NCBI GenBank assembly: GCA_963422735.1
Contig: OY730476.1
Location: 3,904,001-3,968,000, forward strand
From: Candidatus Latescibacterota bacterium
GTDB taxonomy: Bacteria > Latescibacterota > UBA2968 > UBA8231
Direction of reading: 5' to 3'
DNA length: 64,000 nt
The stretch's first letter is position 1. Each line of letters opens with the position of its first letter. Shown here piece by piece: positions 50,501 through 59,026 of this stretch. Below the pieces are notes generated by a model. That model made no database searches. It was given only the letters and a program-made list of their open reading frames with translations, and was not told where the DNA came from. The position numbers were made by a program, and so were the translations under genes.

Positions 50501-51738
50501 GTCCAATCCACTAGCTCGGGCCGCGAGCCGTCCTTGTTGAGGAGGGGGTGCTCCTCAAAATAGCCTTTGACGTACTTGAACATCCGGGTGTTGGGTAGCG
50601 GGTTTTCTTCGCTGGTCGCCGCGTGGAAGACTTCCACGGTGGAGGCCGTGGCCTGCGCGGCTGCGGTCAGCACGGTATTGACGACGATGTCCACAGGTAC
50701 CAAGTCCATGGGTGCGCCGATTGCGGCTGGGAAGTCCGGGACGATCCCCCGCCCGTAGGCCACCACTAGCGGATCGGTCACTTTAAGCCCGTGTATCCAG
50801 CCTGGATGCGGGTCTTCGAGCGCACCTTCGGTGACGCTGGGCCGCACGATGGCCAGCGGCACTTGGCCGCGGTGCTTGACGAGTAGTTGTTCGCCCATGG
50901 CCTTGGTAAAAGTGTACACGTCATTCCAGCCATGCTGCCGCGCTCGGCGCATCCCTTCCTCGACCAGCTTGCGCTCGATCCAGCGGCGACAGCGGTCGTC
51001 AATCAGCTTTTGCAAGCGGCTGTCCGAGAGTGTGCGGCGGTGGCTCTGCTCGACGATCTCGCGGCGGAATGCTTGCTGTTGCTCGGTGCTTTGCGCTTGG
51101 GCACGGATTGTTTGGCAGAGGGCTTGCGCTTGGGCGATCTCTTCTTCGGGGACGAAAGGTTGTGGAGGCGTGCTGCCGTCGATTAGGTGCTGAATGGTGC
51201 GATCGACCGGCAGTACTCGCTCGGGGACGGCACCGGTGAGGCGCCCGTTGACGTACGCGGTTGATACGTGTACTAAGATGGGCTTTTTGCGGCCTTCGCG
51301 GGCCAGCCGCAAAAGCTCCTGAGGTGCCAAGGTGTTGAATTGGATCGCCGAGTCGAGCGGTTCGTCGAAGGTGACGCTGGCCGCGTTGCCGATGATGAGG
51401 TCAACTTCCGCAAGCAGCTCGTCGCGCGACACTTCGTCTAGCCCGAGGCCCGGCTGTCGCATGTCGCAGGCGAGGGCGCGCACCTTCTGTCGCGCCGCGG
51501 CAAAGGCGGCTGGTTCCTCTTGGCGGAAGCGGTCGAAGACGACCCGCTTGAAAAGCTCGTCCAGCCGCTCCTCTACCGGCAGTGCGGCCCCACCAGGACC
51601 CCGACCGGGCCGCAACACGAGGTACAAGCGCCGCACGCCGGGCAAATAGCGCAGGATCTTGGCCGTCAGCCCCTGCCCGTAAAACCCGGTGCCGCCGGTC
51701 AGCAATACGGTGCGGTCCTGATAGAATTCTCTAATCAT
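47560..51738 (-). CDS. ElbD-like multidomain enzyme: fatty acyl reductase - adenylation-like - ACP - acyltransferase
   Basis: TGGTGFYG, HVSTAYV, YTFTK (FAR); YGLSE, TGDLG, GRSKD (AMP-binding); LDSLMAVE (ACP Ser); NHASHLD, FPEGT (PlsC-type). Confidence 0.88.
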   Translation of the reverse strand: MIREFYQDRTVLLTGGTGFYGQGLTAKILRYLPGVRRLYLVLRPGRGPGGAALPVEERLDELFKRVVFDRFRQEEPAAFAAARQKVRALACDMRQPGLGLDEVSRDELLAEVDLIIGNAASVTFDEPLDSAIQFNTLAPQELLRLAREGRKKPILVHVSTAYVNGRLTGAVPERVLPVDRTIQHLIDGSTPPQPFVPEEEIAQAQALCQTIRAQAQSTEQQQAFRREIVEQSHRRTLSDSRLQKLIDDRCRRWIERKLVEEGMRRARQHGWNDVYTFTKAMGEQLLVKHRGQVPLAIVRPSVTEGALEDPHPGWIHGLKVTDPLVVAYGRGIVPDFPAAIGAPMDLVPVDIVVNTVLTAAAQATASTVEVFHAATSEENPLPNTRMFKYVKGYFEEHPLLNKDGSRPELVDWTFPTVARFQRVFNWKYLYPLEIKQKLYEYLPERWAPAQKKRRLAALKTRLKRVQYFTDLFSPYTTLDCRYETKRMLALYESLPPEEQRIFNMDVRRIDWYQYYQKTHLPGLRSHELGGADDQEPLSAAPGEVGGEEQRWRIEESIRTIPDLLRWACGRYAARTALQIERRAGWTRISYGELITRAERVARSWQAQGMSAGTRVLLCGDNGPEWVVAYMAASLHGLAVVPIDPQTHEEDIWRLCDFVQAKALIAAEKCFSQLSPEGVAAHKEMAFFNLDRDGLPFGCAPESAASVGEGPWKPPRVEPDATASIIFTSVIESRGVVLSHRNLISNVLAQGEVLRIYESDRMLSTLPLHQALEFTGGLLLPLVGGATITYLEAVNSREILRALRDTDTTVLLTAPRLLRVLADRIEHLGARATAALAALRRVVSIGAALSDDLIGAYERLGVTICQGYGLSEAASIVAVNAPKQDKARSVGQVLPGQQVQIAEPDERGVGEVLVQGANVMKGYFSQEELTQAVLRDGWLHTGDLGCLDDEGYLFVEGRSKDLLVNGADHNAYLREVESLYYGLPHVAELSVVGVPSARTGDEEVRGVAVLNRNAEEAEALREAYEISRTLPSHHRIQCLHFWTRPLPRLDDGTVDRQALLSAIESEDCPGTALPEWERAIQRQIGLLAGLSTGEVAAHIDAPLDTLLDSLMAVEFAAWLGQRLGTQVDGFLRTQSTLRSVLAQIEDHLRDGVDWEVERSPAYWSGILYAEPSAEPESEAGKKMLQEILWETGGPLFRRFFDLRAGGLEHLPQDRPYLIAANHASHLDGACVYAAVRSHVDHLNIATSEHYLADSELRWFLYTFVNAVPFNGHGDFAAGLVRARQSVGVRRPLLVFPEGTCSVSSQLQSFKAGVGLLAYELDAPVVPLHIAGTREALPKGTRKPARHPLRLLFGPPLETISFKGCTETLSPYEIYYEIAAALKRQIEALGRKNI

Positions 51739-51764
51739 AGCGGAATGCCCTGCCACAAGGAGGC

Positions 51765-51911
51765 TCACTGCGCGGGACGCTTAGGATCGCGACCCTTGCC
51801 GCCGCACCGATTCCGGTCTAGCCCTTGCTTTGTGATATAGGGGTGTTCGACCTGTTTTTCCAGTTCGCGGCGCTTGTCGGCCCACTCGATGTCCCGTTTT
51901 CGCTTGGCCAT
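51765..51911 (-). CDS. Small basic protein, 48 aa (below ORF-track cutoff)
   Basis: MAKRKRDIEWADKRRELEKQVEHPYITKQGLDRNRCGGKGRDPKRPAQ*, directly upstream of and co-oriented with the ElbD-like gene. Confidence 0.5.
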   Translation of the reverse strand: MAKRKRDIEWADKRRELEKQVEHPYITKQGLDRNRCGGKGRDPKRPAQ

Positions 51912-51977
51912 GTTTTGATGTTATCTTTGTATCAAGGTTAATCTACGCGCAAGGCCGCTCATAAGACAACCCAAGCT

Positions 51978-52883
51978 ATGTCCAAACACTGGGTCTTGAT
52001 AGCCAATCCAACGGCGGGCAGTACCCGCGCCCGCAGCTTCGCCGAGCAGGCCGCCCTGGCCCTGCAAGCTGCCGGCCAAGCGGTCGAATTGCACTACACG
52101 CGGGCCAAGGGCCACGCAGCCGAGCTGGCGCAGCAGGCCGTGGCCGAGGGTGCTGAGCGGCTCGTGGTCTGCGGCGGCGACGGCACGATCAGCGAGACGC
52201 TCGCACCCCTCGCTGGCTCGCACGCGGCCTTGGGGCTGCTACCCTGCGGCACGTGCAACGACTTGGCCCGCGCCCTCGCCGTGCCGCTCCGGGTGGAAGC
52301 GGCCATAGGCAACCTGCTCCACGGCAGGGTGCGCGCCATAGACTTGGGGCGGGCCGACGACCGCTTCTTCGCCACAATCGCCGCCTTTGGCTTTGACGCC
52401 GAAGTCAACCGTCGCATGGAAAGCGTCCAAGGGCCTCTGTCCGGGCGGGTCCGCTATATCCTGGAAGCATTGCGGCACGTCGCTTGCTATCAGCCGGCTC
52501 GGGTTCGCCTCTGCGGCGATTTCGGGGAGATTGAGCAAGAGGTGCTGCAAGTATCTACCGCCAATGCGCGGAACTATGGGGGCAATTTGTGCGTTGCCCC
52601 AGATGCCGACCTCGGCGATGGCCTCTTCGACGTGGTCGTCGTCGATGCGGTGCCGCGGCGGGCGATCCTGTCGCTGATGCTCCGCCTTTTTTGGCAAGGA
52701 CACATCCGCCATCCAGCCGTGCGCTTGATGCGCACGGCCCGCCTAGTGCTGCACACCGATGCGCCGCACAGCGTATATGCAGACGGCGACTACTTGGGCC
52801 AGACGCCACTCGTGCTGGAAATTAGCCCGGCCGCTCTGCAGGTGGTGGTGCCGAGTTCTTGCTCGCAGGGGGTGCGTTGCTGA
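51978..52883 (+). CDS. Diacylglycerol/lipid kinase family protein (YegS/DagK)
   Basis: ANPTAG, GGDGTISE, PCGTCNDLA, YGG, DGLFDV, ADGD. Confidence 0.92.
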   Translation: MSKHWVLIANPTAGSTRARSFAEQAALALQAAGQAVELHYTRAKGHAAELAQQAVAEGAERLVVCGGDGTISETLAPLAGSHAALGLLPCGTCNDLARALAVPLRVEAAIGNLLHGRVRAIDLGRADDRFFATIAAFGFDAEVNRRMESVQGPLSGRVRYILEALRHVACYQPARVRLCGDFGEIEQEVLQVSTANARNYGGNLCVAPDADLGDGLFDVVVVDAVPRRAILSLMLRLFWQGHIRHPAVRLMRTARLVLHTDAPHSVYADGDYLGQTPLVLEISPAALQVVVPSSCSQGVRC

Positions 52884-52886
52884 TGT

Positions 52887-52979
52887 TAGTGGCCAGTGGC
52901 CAGTGGCCAGTGACCAGTGGTCAGTGGTCCGTCCTCGCACGGCACCCTAGGGGAGAGGGACAGGCCACTAACCACAGGC
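52887..52979. repeat. Inverted heptamer-array element
   Basis: TAGTGGC(CAGTGGC)2CAGTGAC(CAGTGGT)2, core, then ACAGGCCACTAACCACAGGC. Confidence 0.8.
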
Positions 52980-53330
52980 GTCTTTGTGAACTACCTGCCC
53001 TGCGAGTGAGGATGACATGCTTGAGACACCCTTCGGGAGTAGGTCGATGCAAGCGAATAGAAACTTGGCCAACATGCTGCACATACAGGCACTTGTCTTG
53101 CAGCTTGCACCCGTCGCCATGTCGGTATTCGAGAGACCGAAAGCGATTGGCCCCCTTGAATCGCGGGAAGCCCGGGGTGTCTCCGGCTCTCAGACGACGA
53201 AAAAAGGCTCGGAATGCCTTATCCAAGCGACGGAGTATTTGCTGCATACTAGTTGCATTGAGCAGGCCAAAATCCTCAAGATGCAGACGATATTGGCGAG
53301 TGCGCTGCATGTCTTACACGCCCTTTTGTT
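52980..53330 (-). mobile_element. tnpB: IS200/IS605 family tnpB fragment
   Basis: QQILRRLDKAFRAFFRR...PGFPRFKGANRFRSLEY; RuvC and zinc finger absent. Confidence 0.8.
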
Positions 53331-53444
53331 CAGTAATATACCGCTCAATCGTTTTTGTCTATACACGACCTATACTAGCGACAAAATAACTGCGGGACCA
53401 CGAGGTAGAAAGACGGTCAAGACGGCAGTGCCCCGCTGAGTACT

Positions 53445-54422
53445 ATGGCTACCCGAGCACAGCAAATACGCCTGGGCATCTTCTTCTTGGTTTCTCTCGC
53501 CGTTCTCGCGCTCTTCTTCATCGTCGTCGCTGGCAGCCATATCCTGCGCCAGCGCGATACCTATTACATCGAGTCCAACTCGCCCGTCAGCGGCCTCAAC
53601 AAAGGCGCGGACGTCAAGTACTTGGGCTTTAGCATTGGCCGAGTCGAGGGCATCGCAATCGCACAGGATCATCTCTCTACGGTAGTAGTCGAGATTTCGG
53701 TTGAGAGGCGGCTGGCCGAAAACGCCATCCGCACCGACGCGCAAGCGCGAATGGCCTCGCTGGGGATCACCGGCCTGAAGTTCATTGAGCTTTTTGGGGG
53801 CAGCGACGACGCCCCGCCCCTCCCTCCGGGGTCCACAATTGTCGCGGACGAGACCTTTTTTAGCAGCATGCAAGAGCGCGCCGAAGTGCTCAGTGCCAAG
53901 GTTGAACAGACCATCGACAACCTAAACGCGCTGCTCAGCAGCGAAAACCAGCGCGTCTTCACCGAGTTGCTGAGCAACGCGGGCAACCTGCTGGCGACGG
54001 CCAACGCGCTGGTTGAGGACAACCGCTCTGCATTCGACGAGGCGGCGGCCAATATGGTCGCCACCAGTCGCTCGCTCGCCAAAACCAGCGCGACGTTGGC
54101 GGCGACGGCCGATTCCCTGCACATCTTGCTCGTGGGCGAGAAGCTGCAACAGACGGTTGACGATCTGCAAGTGACGATGCACAAGTTGCGCCAGCAAATG
54201 GACGGTCCGGTTCCCCTGCTCGTCGCACGGATGGACACCGTGATAAGCCATATCGACCAGACCTTTGTGGGCATCGACCAGACCGTAGGGGCTAGCCGAC
54301 AGAATCTCTTGCGCGCCATGCAGGAACTGGAGGAAACTTTGCAGAATATCCGCGAAACCACCGAACTAATCCGCGAGAACCCCGCGGTGCTCATCCGAGG
54401 TCGCAGTGGTGCGACCCAATAA
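53445..54422 (+). CDS. mlaD: MCE/MlaD family protein with long helical C-terminus
   Basis: N-terminal TM, VSGLNKGADVKYLGFSIGRV, GITGLKFIEL, ENPAVLIRG. Confidence 0.9.
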   Translation: MATRAQQIRLGIFFLVSLAVLALFFIVVAGSHILRQRDTYYIESNSPVSGLNKGADVKYLGFSIGRVEGIAIAQDHLSTVVVEISVERRLAENAIRTDAQARMASLGITGLKFIELFGGSDDAPPLPPGSTIVADETFFSSMQERAEVLSAKVEQTIDNLNALLSSENQRVFTELLSNAGNLLATANALVEDNRSAFDEAAANMVATSRSLAKTSATLAATADSLHILLVGEKLQQTVDDLQVTMHKLRQQMDGPVPLLVARMDTVISHIDQTFVGIDQTVGASRQNLLRAMQELEETLQNIRETTELIRENPAVLIRGRSGATQ

Positions 54423-55164
54423 CCGAGTGCGCCGCTGCGGTCAGGTCCTCGTCTTGGTCATAGCGCTAGCCGGCTGCGCCCAGTTGCTAGGCGGCGAAAC
54501 CAAGCTGCCGCAACGGCGCTATTTCAAGTTGCCTATCGAACCCTTGCGCGGTAGTGTGGAAGATTCCGAGCGCCCGTACCCTTTCCAAGTGCAGGTCAAG
54601 GGCTTTGAGGTGCCCCGAGCGTATGACCGCACCCACATCATCCGCCGCCGCGACCAGTACGAGCTGCAGCGCGACAACCTCCACCACTGGATGGAGCGGC
54701 CCGGCGACATGATCACCGACGCGGTCAAGCAGTACTTGCGCCAAGCCGACCTCTTTACCTATATCGGCGGGGATCGCGATTTTTTCGAGCACCGTCCGGA
54801 TTACGTGTTCAGCGGCTCGATCAAAGCCATTGAGCGCTTCGACAGCGGCGATCTGTGGGCGGCCCATCTCGTTATGACGATGAAACTAGTGAGGCAAGCC
54901 GATGGCAAGGTTATATGGCAGGACGATTTCGACGAGGAGAAACAGGTTTTCTCCCCGGCCGTGAAATACACGGTGGCCGCGTTGAGCGGGATTTTGGGCC
55001 AGCGGATGAAAAAGGCGATCGGAGAGATCGACTTCAAGTTCAGCAACAAGCAGCGGCCCGCGCCCATCGCGTCCGACGCGGAAGCTGCACCAGCGGCCCG
55101 AGATACAGTGCTGCAGACCGAAGCCGATCACTACGAGCTCATACCGGGGAAGCTGGTCCCCTAG
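54406..55164 (+). CDS. ABC-type transport auxiliary lipoprotein (PqiC-like)
   Basis: LAGC lipobox, RYF.L, WMERPGDMI, PDYVFSGSI. Confidence 0.8.
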   Translation: MVRPNNRVRRCGQVLVLVIALAGCAQLLGGETKLPQRRYFKLPIEPLRGSVEDSERPYPFQVQVKGFEVPRAYDRTHIIRRRDQYELQRDNLHHWMERPGDMITDAVKQYLRQADLFTYIGGDRDFFEHRPDYVFSGSIKAIERFDSGDLWAAHLVMTMKLVRQADGKVIWQDDFDEEKQVFSPAVKYTVAALSGILGQRMKKAIGEIDFKFSNKQRPAPIASDAEAAPAARDTVLQTEADHYELIPGKLVP

Positions 55165-55172
55165 GACTTGGC

Positions 55173-56675
55173 ATGTACAAGCTGCTCTATATCCTGATCG
55201 CCCTACCGTTGCTCGCCGGCCCCGCTGCGGGCAACAGCTATACTTGGGTCGCCCCACCTGGGCGCGGCCAACTCGAACAGGATCCAACCCTGATTCCCAA
55301 GGGCAAGGGCTTTCTCTTCGTGCCGACGATGACCGGCTCCCTCAACGAGCCCAGTTTCCTCGTCTTACAGGGCAACAGACCTATCCGCGAAGCCTCCCCC
55401 GGCACCGGCGTGTTGCTCTCGCCCGGCAACTACAAATTGCTGGTCGGCTCGGGCGCGGACATCCAGATGATGAGCCGCACCGTGCCAATCCAAGAGGGCA
55501 TGACGACCTTGATAAAGCCCTTCTGGGCCGGACTAGTCATCAACGTCATATCCGAGAACCGCGCATCGATCAACGAATCCTATGAACTGTACCGGGAGTC
55601 CTCTCAGGAAAACTACGGCCTCGGCTTCGGCCTCGAGGAGGAGCGAGGCGAGGCGGTCAAAACTTGGCTTCTGCCCCCAGGCGTTTACTCGGTAGTGCAA
55701 GTCGGCGACAATGTATCAACCACCCGCAAGTTCAGCGTCCGTTTAGAGCCGGGCGAGTTGGTCCAGCGCAATCTAGTAGTGGACACCAGCGACGATACCT
55801 TCATCGGCTTCTACCCCCCGACTCAACAGGGTTTTCTCACCCAAGTAGCTGACTCGCGCTGGAAGACCTCCTTGCAGCTAAGCGGCTCACCCCGGCTGTC
55901 CACCTCGCAGAATACCACCGGCGCAGATCGCTCGGTCCTCTTGCTCTCCGCTGAGGTCATCGGCAGCAGCGTCTATAACACGGACCGCCACTACGCCAAT
56001 CTGCGGTTGGACTTTGAAGAGGGCTTCACCCGCGAGGAGGGCGACGACTTCCGCAAGTTCATCGACAAGTTCGAGGTCCGCGCTACGTATATCTATCGGC
56101 TTTCCAAGCGGATCGGCCCCTATTTGCGCGGGGTGTTCAACACCAAGCTATTCGCCACTGAGGACCGCTTCGACCAGCCGCGCAATCTTCTGATCCGCGA
56201 TGGCGAGATCGAGGGCATGATGGGCATTAGCGAATTTATCCTCTCTCCGCCCTTCAGCCCCCTTGAACTGCGCCAAGGCATTGGCATCAACTCCCAGGTC
56301 ATCAGCAGCTTTCCCCTGAACCTCGACATGCGCGTTGGTTTTGGGGCACGTCAAAGCTATGTTACCGATACCTATGACCTAAACTCCTCCCGCACCATCG
56401 CCGACAAGTTGCAGGACAAGACCGCCACCGGCTTGGAGGCCGTGCTGCTCCTCCGGTCGCGTTTCTCGCGCTTCCCCAGCTTGGATTCGGAGTTTGACAT
56501 CCTAATCCCGGAGACGGCCACCGACACTTGGGAGTTCACTTGGGAAAACCGCTTGCGCTTGCCGCTTAGTCGCTTCATCAACATGGTCGTCGTCTTCGAT
56601 TTCGAGCGCAAGCTGCCGGTCCAGCGGCTGCAATCTATGCAACAGGTCCTGCTGCGCCTCAACTATTTGCTATGA
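55173..56675 (+). CDS. Secreted protein, probable outer-membrane beta-barrel with N-terminal beta-sandwich domains
   Basis: Signal peptide; alternating amphipathic strands in the C-terminal half; ends LLRLNYLL; lies within the MCE operon. Confidence 0.65.
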   Translation: MYKLLYILIALPLLAGPAAGNSYTWVAPPGRGQLEQDPTLIPKGKGFLFVPTMTGSLNEPSFLVLQGNRPIREASPGTGVLLSPGNYKLLVGSGADIQMMSRTVPIQEGMTTLIKPFWAGLVINVISENRASINESYELYRESSQENYGLGFGLEEERGEAVKTWLLPPGVYSVVQVGDNVSTTRKFSVRLEPGELVQRNLVVDTSDDTFIGFYPPTQQGFLTQVADSRWKTSLQLSGSPRLSTSQNTTGADRSVLLLSAEVIGSSVYNTDRHYANLRLDFEEGFTREEGDDFRKFIDKFEVRATYIYRLSKRIGPYLRGVFNTKLFATEDRFDQPRNLLIRDGEIEGMMGISEFILSPPFSPLELRQGIGINSQVISSFPLNLDMRVGFGARQSYVTDTYDLNSSRTIADKLQDKTATGLEAVLLLRSRFSRFPSLDSEFDILIPETATDTWEFTWENRLRLPLSRFINMVVVFDFERKLPVQRLQSMQQVLLRLNYLL

Positions 56676-57763
56676 CGTGGGTGCAGAGCGACGGCTTGGG
56701 GATCGCGCTCGGTGGCGCGCTTTCGCTACGCACCATCGGTGCCCTCGCTCCCCAGGCCCGCGCACTCATCGCCGAGCATCCGCGTTCCGCGCTCCGCGCC
56801 GACTTGCGCCAAGTCGAACACCTCGACATCGCAGGGGCCGTTTTCCTGCGCGGATTATCCGACCTCGCCCTCTCCTTGGACAAGGAACTCCGCCTCGCCG
56901 AGCTGCCGGCCCATTTGCAGCCTGTCTTCGACTTTGCCACGCCCGCGCCGCCCGCGCCGCCCGCGCTGCGCCTCGCCGCCCTTGAACGCCTCGGCGCTTG
57001 GGTGCGTGCTCAAGGCGTCTGCGCTGCCGATTTTCTCTATCTGATGGCCGACCTGAGCGTTTTCTCGGTCCTATCCCTATTCCGCCGCGATCAGATTCGC
57101 CGGGGCAGTTTTGGCGAGCAAGCGTACGCGATTGGTGCGCAGGCCCTGCAGATCGTCGGGTTGATTCTCTTTCTCGTCGGCGCGGTTTCGGCTCTCCAGT
57201 CGGCAGCTCAACTCCGCCAGTTCGGGGCCGATATTTTCGTCGCCAACCTGCTGGGGATTGGCCTGACCCGCGAGTTGGGGCCGCTGATGACCGCGATCAT
57301 GGTATCTGGCCGCTCTGGGTCGGCCATTGCCGCCGAGATCGCCACCATGAAGTTCACCGAGGAGTTGGACGCCCTGCAGACTATGGGAATCGACCCGCTG
57401 CGCTTTGTGGTCGTGCCCAAGCTGTGGGCCATGATCGTCTGCATGCCGCTTTTGACGATCATGGCCAACTTCGTTGGCATCCTCGGAGGCACCTTCATCG
57501 GCTTGGTGTCGCTGGACATCCCGGCTACTGTGTTTCTCAACCAGGTCTTCTCGTCGCTCTTTCTCAAGGACTTGCTCACCGGGCTGGTCAAAAGCGCGTC
57601 CTTTGCGTGGCTTATCGCGATCATCTCGGTTCATCACGGCCTCAATTTCAGCGGCGGAGCCGAGGGTGTCGGCCGGGCGACGACCTCGGCGGTCGTGTCT
57701 TCGCTGTTTGGCATCATTGTCCTCGACGCCTTCTGGGGTATTGTCTTCTACCTCAAATGGTGA
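56672..57763 (+). CDS. mlaE: MlaE-family permease with N-terminal STAS domain
   Basis: DLRQVEHLDIAG STAS; RELGPLMTAIMVSGRSGSAIAAEIATMK..EELDAL; GVGRATT. Confidence 0.92.
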   Translation: MTWVQSDGLGIALGGALSLRTIGALAPQARALIAEHPRSALRADLRQVEHLDIAGAVFLRGLSDLALSLDKELRLAELPAHLQPVFDFATPAPPAPPALRLAALERLGAWVRAQGVCAADFLYLMADLSVFSVLSLFRRDQIRRGSFGEQAYAIGAQALQIVGLILFLVGAVSALQSAAQLRQFGADIFVANLLGIGLTRELGPLMTAIMVSGRSGSAIAAEIATMKFTEELDALQTMGIDPLRFVVVPKLWAMIVCMPLLTIMANFVGILGGTFIGLVSLDIPATVFLNQVFSSLFLKDLLTGLVKSASFAWLIAIISVHHGLNFSGGAEGVGRATTSAVVSSLFGIIVLDAFWGIVFYLKW

Positions 57764-58503
57764 CTCGCGCCATCGACATCCAAAACCTCTGCGTGTCCTA
57801 CGGCGAGACGGCCGTCCTAAGCGGGATTGACGCGTACATAGAAGAAGGGGAAATCGCCGTTGTGCTCGGCGGCAGCGGCTGCGGCAAGAGTACCTTGCTC
57901 AAGGCGATCATCGGCTTGGTGCAACCCGCCTCAGGCCGCGTCGAAATCCTCGGTCAAGACGCGACGGCCCTCGACGACGAGGAGCTGGCGGCCCTGCGCA
58001 AGCGGCTGGGTGTCATGTTTCAATACGGTGCTTTGCTCAACTCGTTGACGATTGAGCAAAACGTCGCCCTGCCCTTGGAAATGCACACGGACCTAGAGCC
58101 GGCCCTGATTGGGGAGATCGTGCGCACCCGCCTCGCCTTGGTGGGCTTAGGGCACGCCTGCGACCGCTACCCCAGCGAGCTATCGGGCGGGATGCGCAAA
58201 CGCGCCGCCCTCGCGCGGGCCATGGTCATGGACCCAGAGATTCTCTTCTGCGACGAGCCGGGCGCGGGCCTCGACCCGGTCACCGCCGCCGAGATCGACG
58301 CGCTCCTCCTCGCGCTCAACCGCGAATTGGGCATCACCATCGCTATTATTACCCACGAGTTACTTAGCATCGAGCGGCTCGACGGTCGCCTCATCATGCT
58401 CGACCAAGGCCGCGTGGCATTTACCGGCACGGTCGCCGGGGCCAAGCGAGCGCAGCACCCGGTGGTCCGCTCTTTCTTTTACCCGTCCGATTCGTCCGCA
58501 TGA
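57757..58503 (+). CDS. mlaF: MlaF-family ABC ATPase
   Basis: GGSGCGKS, FQYGAL, LSGGMRKRAALARA, CDEP.AGLDP. Confidence 0.92.
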   Translation: MVTRAIDIQNLCVSYGETAVLSGIDAYIEEGEIAVVLGGSGCGKSTLLKAIIGLVQPASGRVEILGQDATALDDEELAALRKRLGVMFQYGALLNSLTIEQNVALPLEMHTDLEPALIGEIVRTRLALVGLGHACDRYPSELSGGMRKRAALARAMVMDPEILFCDEPGAGLDPVTAAEIDALLLALNRELGITIAIITHELLSIERLDGRLIMLDQGRVAFTGTVAGAKRAQHPVVRSFFYPSDSSA

Positions 58504-58976
58504 AAACCATCCTCATCGCCGCCCTGAGCGAGAACAGGGTCATTGGCCGCGCCAACGCCATCCCGTGGCACTACCCGGCCGACATGAAGCACTTCGTCCG
58601 CGTCACTCGGGAGCACGCGGTCGTGGCCGGTCGCAAAACCTACGAGACCTTTCAGACGCGCCCCTTGCCCCGGCGCCTCAACTTCGTCCTCACCCGCAAT
58701 TCAGACTACGCGGTCGCAGAGGGCGCGGTTGTCTGCACGAGCTTGGCCGAGGTGTTGCAGCGTGCCCGCGCCCACGGCAGCGAAAAACTCTTCGTGCTCG
58801 GAGGGGCCCAAGTCTATGTGCAGGCCCTGCCCTTGGCCGACGAAATGATCCTGACGCACTTGCCCATCCAAGTCGAGGGCGACGCGTTCTTTCCGAGGTG
58901 GGACGAAGGCGAGTGGGAGGTGGTAGAAAGGCGCTGCACAGGCGAGTTGGTTTTTGCCACCTATCGCCGCCGTTGA
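58500..58976 (+). CDS. folA: Dihydrofolate reductase
   Basis: ENRVIG...IPWHYPADMKHF, GRKTYE, PLPRRLN, GGAQVY, GDAFFP. Confidence 0.93.
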   Translation: MKTILIAALSENRVIGRANAIPWHYPADMKHFVRVTREHAVVAGRKTYETFQTRPLPRRLNFVLTRNSDYAVAEGAVVCTSLAEVLQRARAHGSEKLFVLGGAQVYVQALPLADEMILTHLPIQVEGDAFFPRWDEGEWEVVERRCTGELVFATYRRR

Positions 58977-59026
58977 GGAGGCCTACCCGCATTGATCGAT
59001 AGCTAACCAAAAGAGGACATAAAACC

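Noticed and set aside
42765-52979. Heptamer arrays as a CRISPR array
   Set aside because: 7 bp tandem units, no repeat-spacer periodicity and no cas genes
54855-57756. Long N-terminal extensions of ORFs 54855..56675 and 56998..58503
   Set aside because: They overlap real upstream genes; better starts at 55173 and 57757
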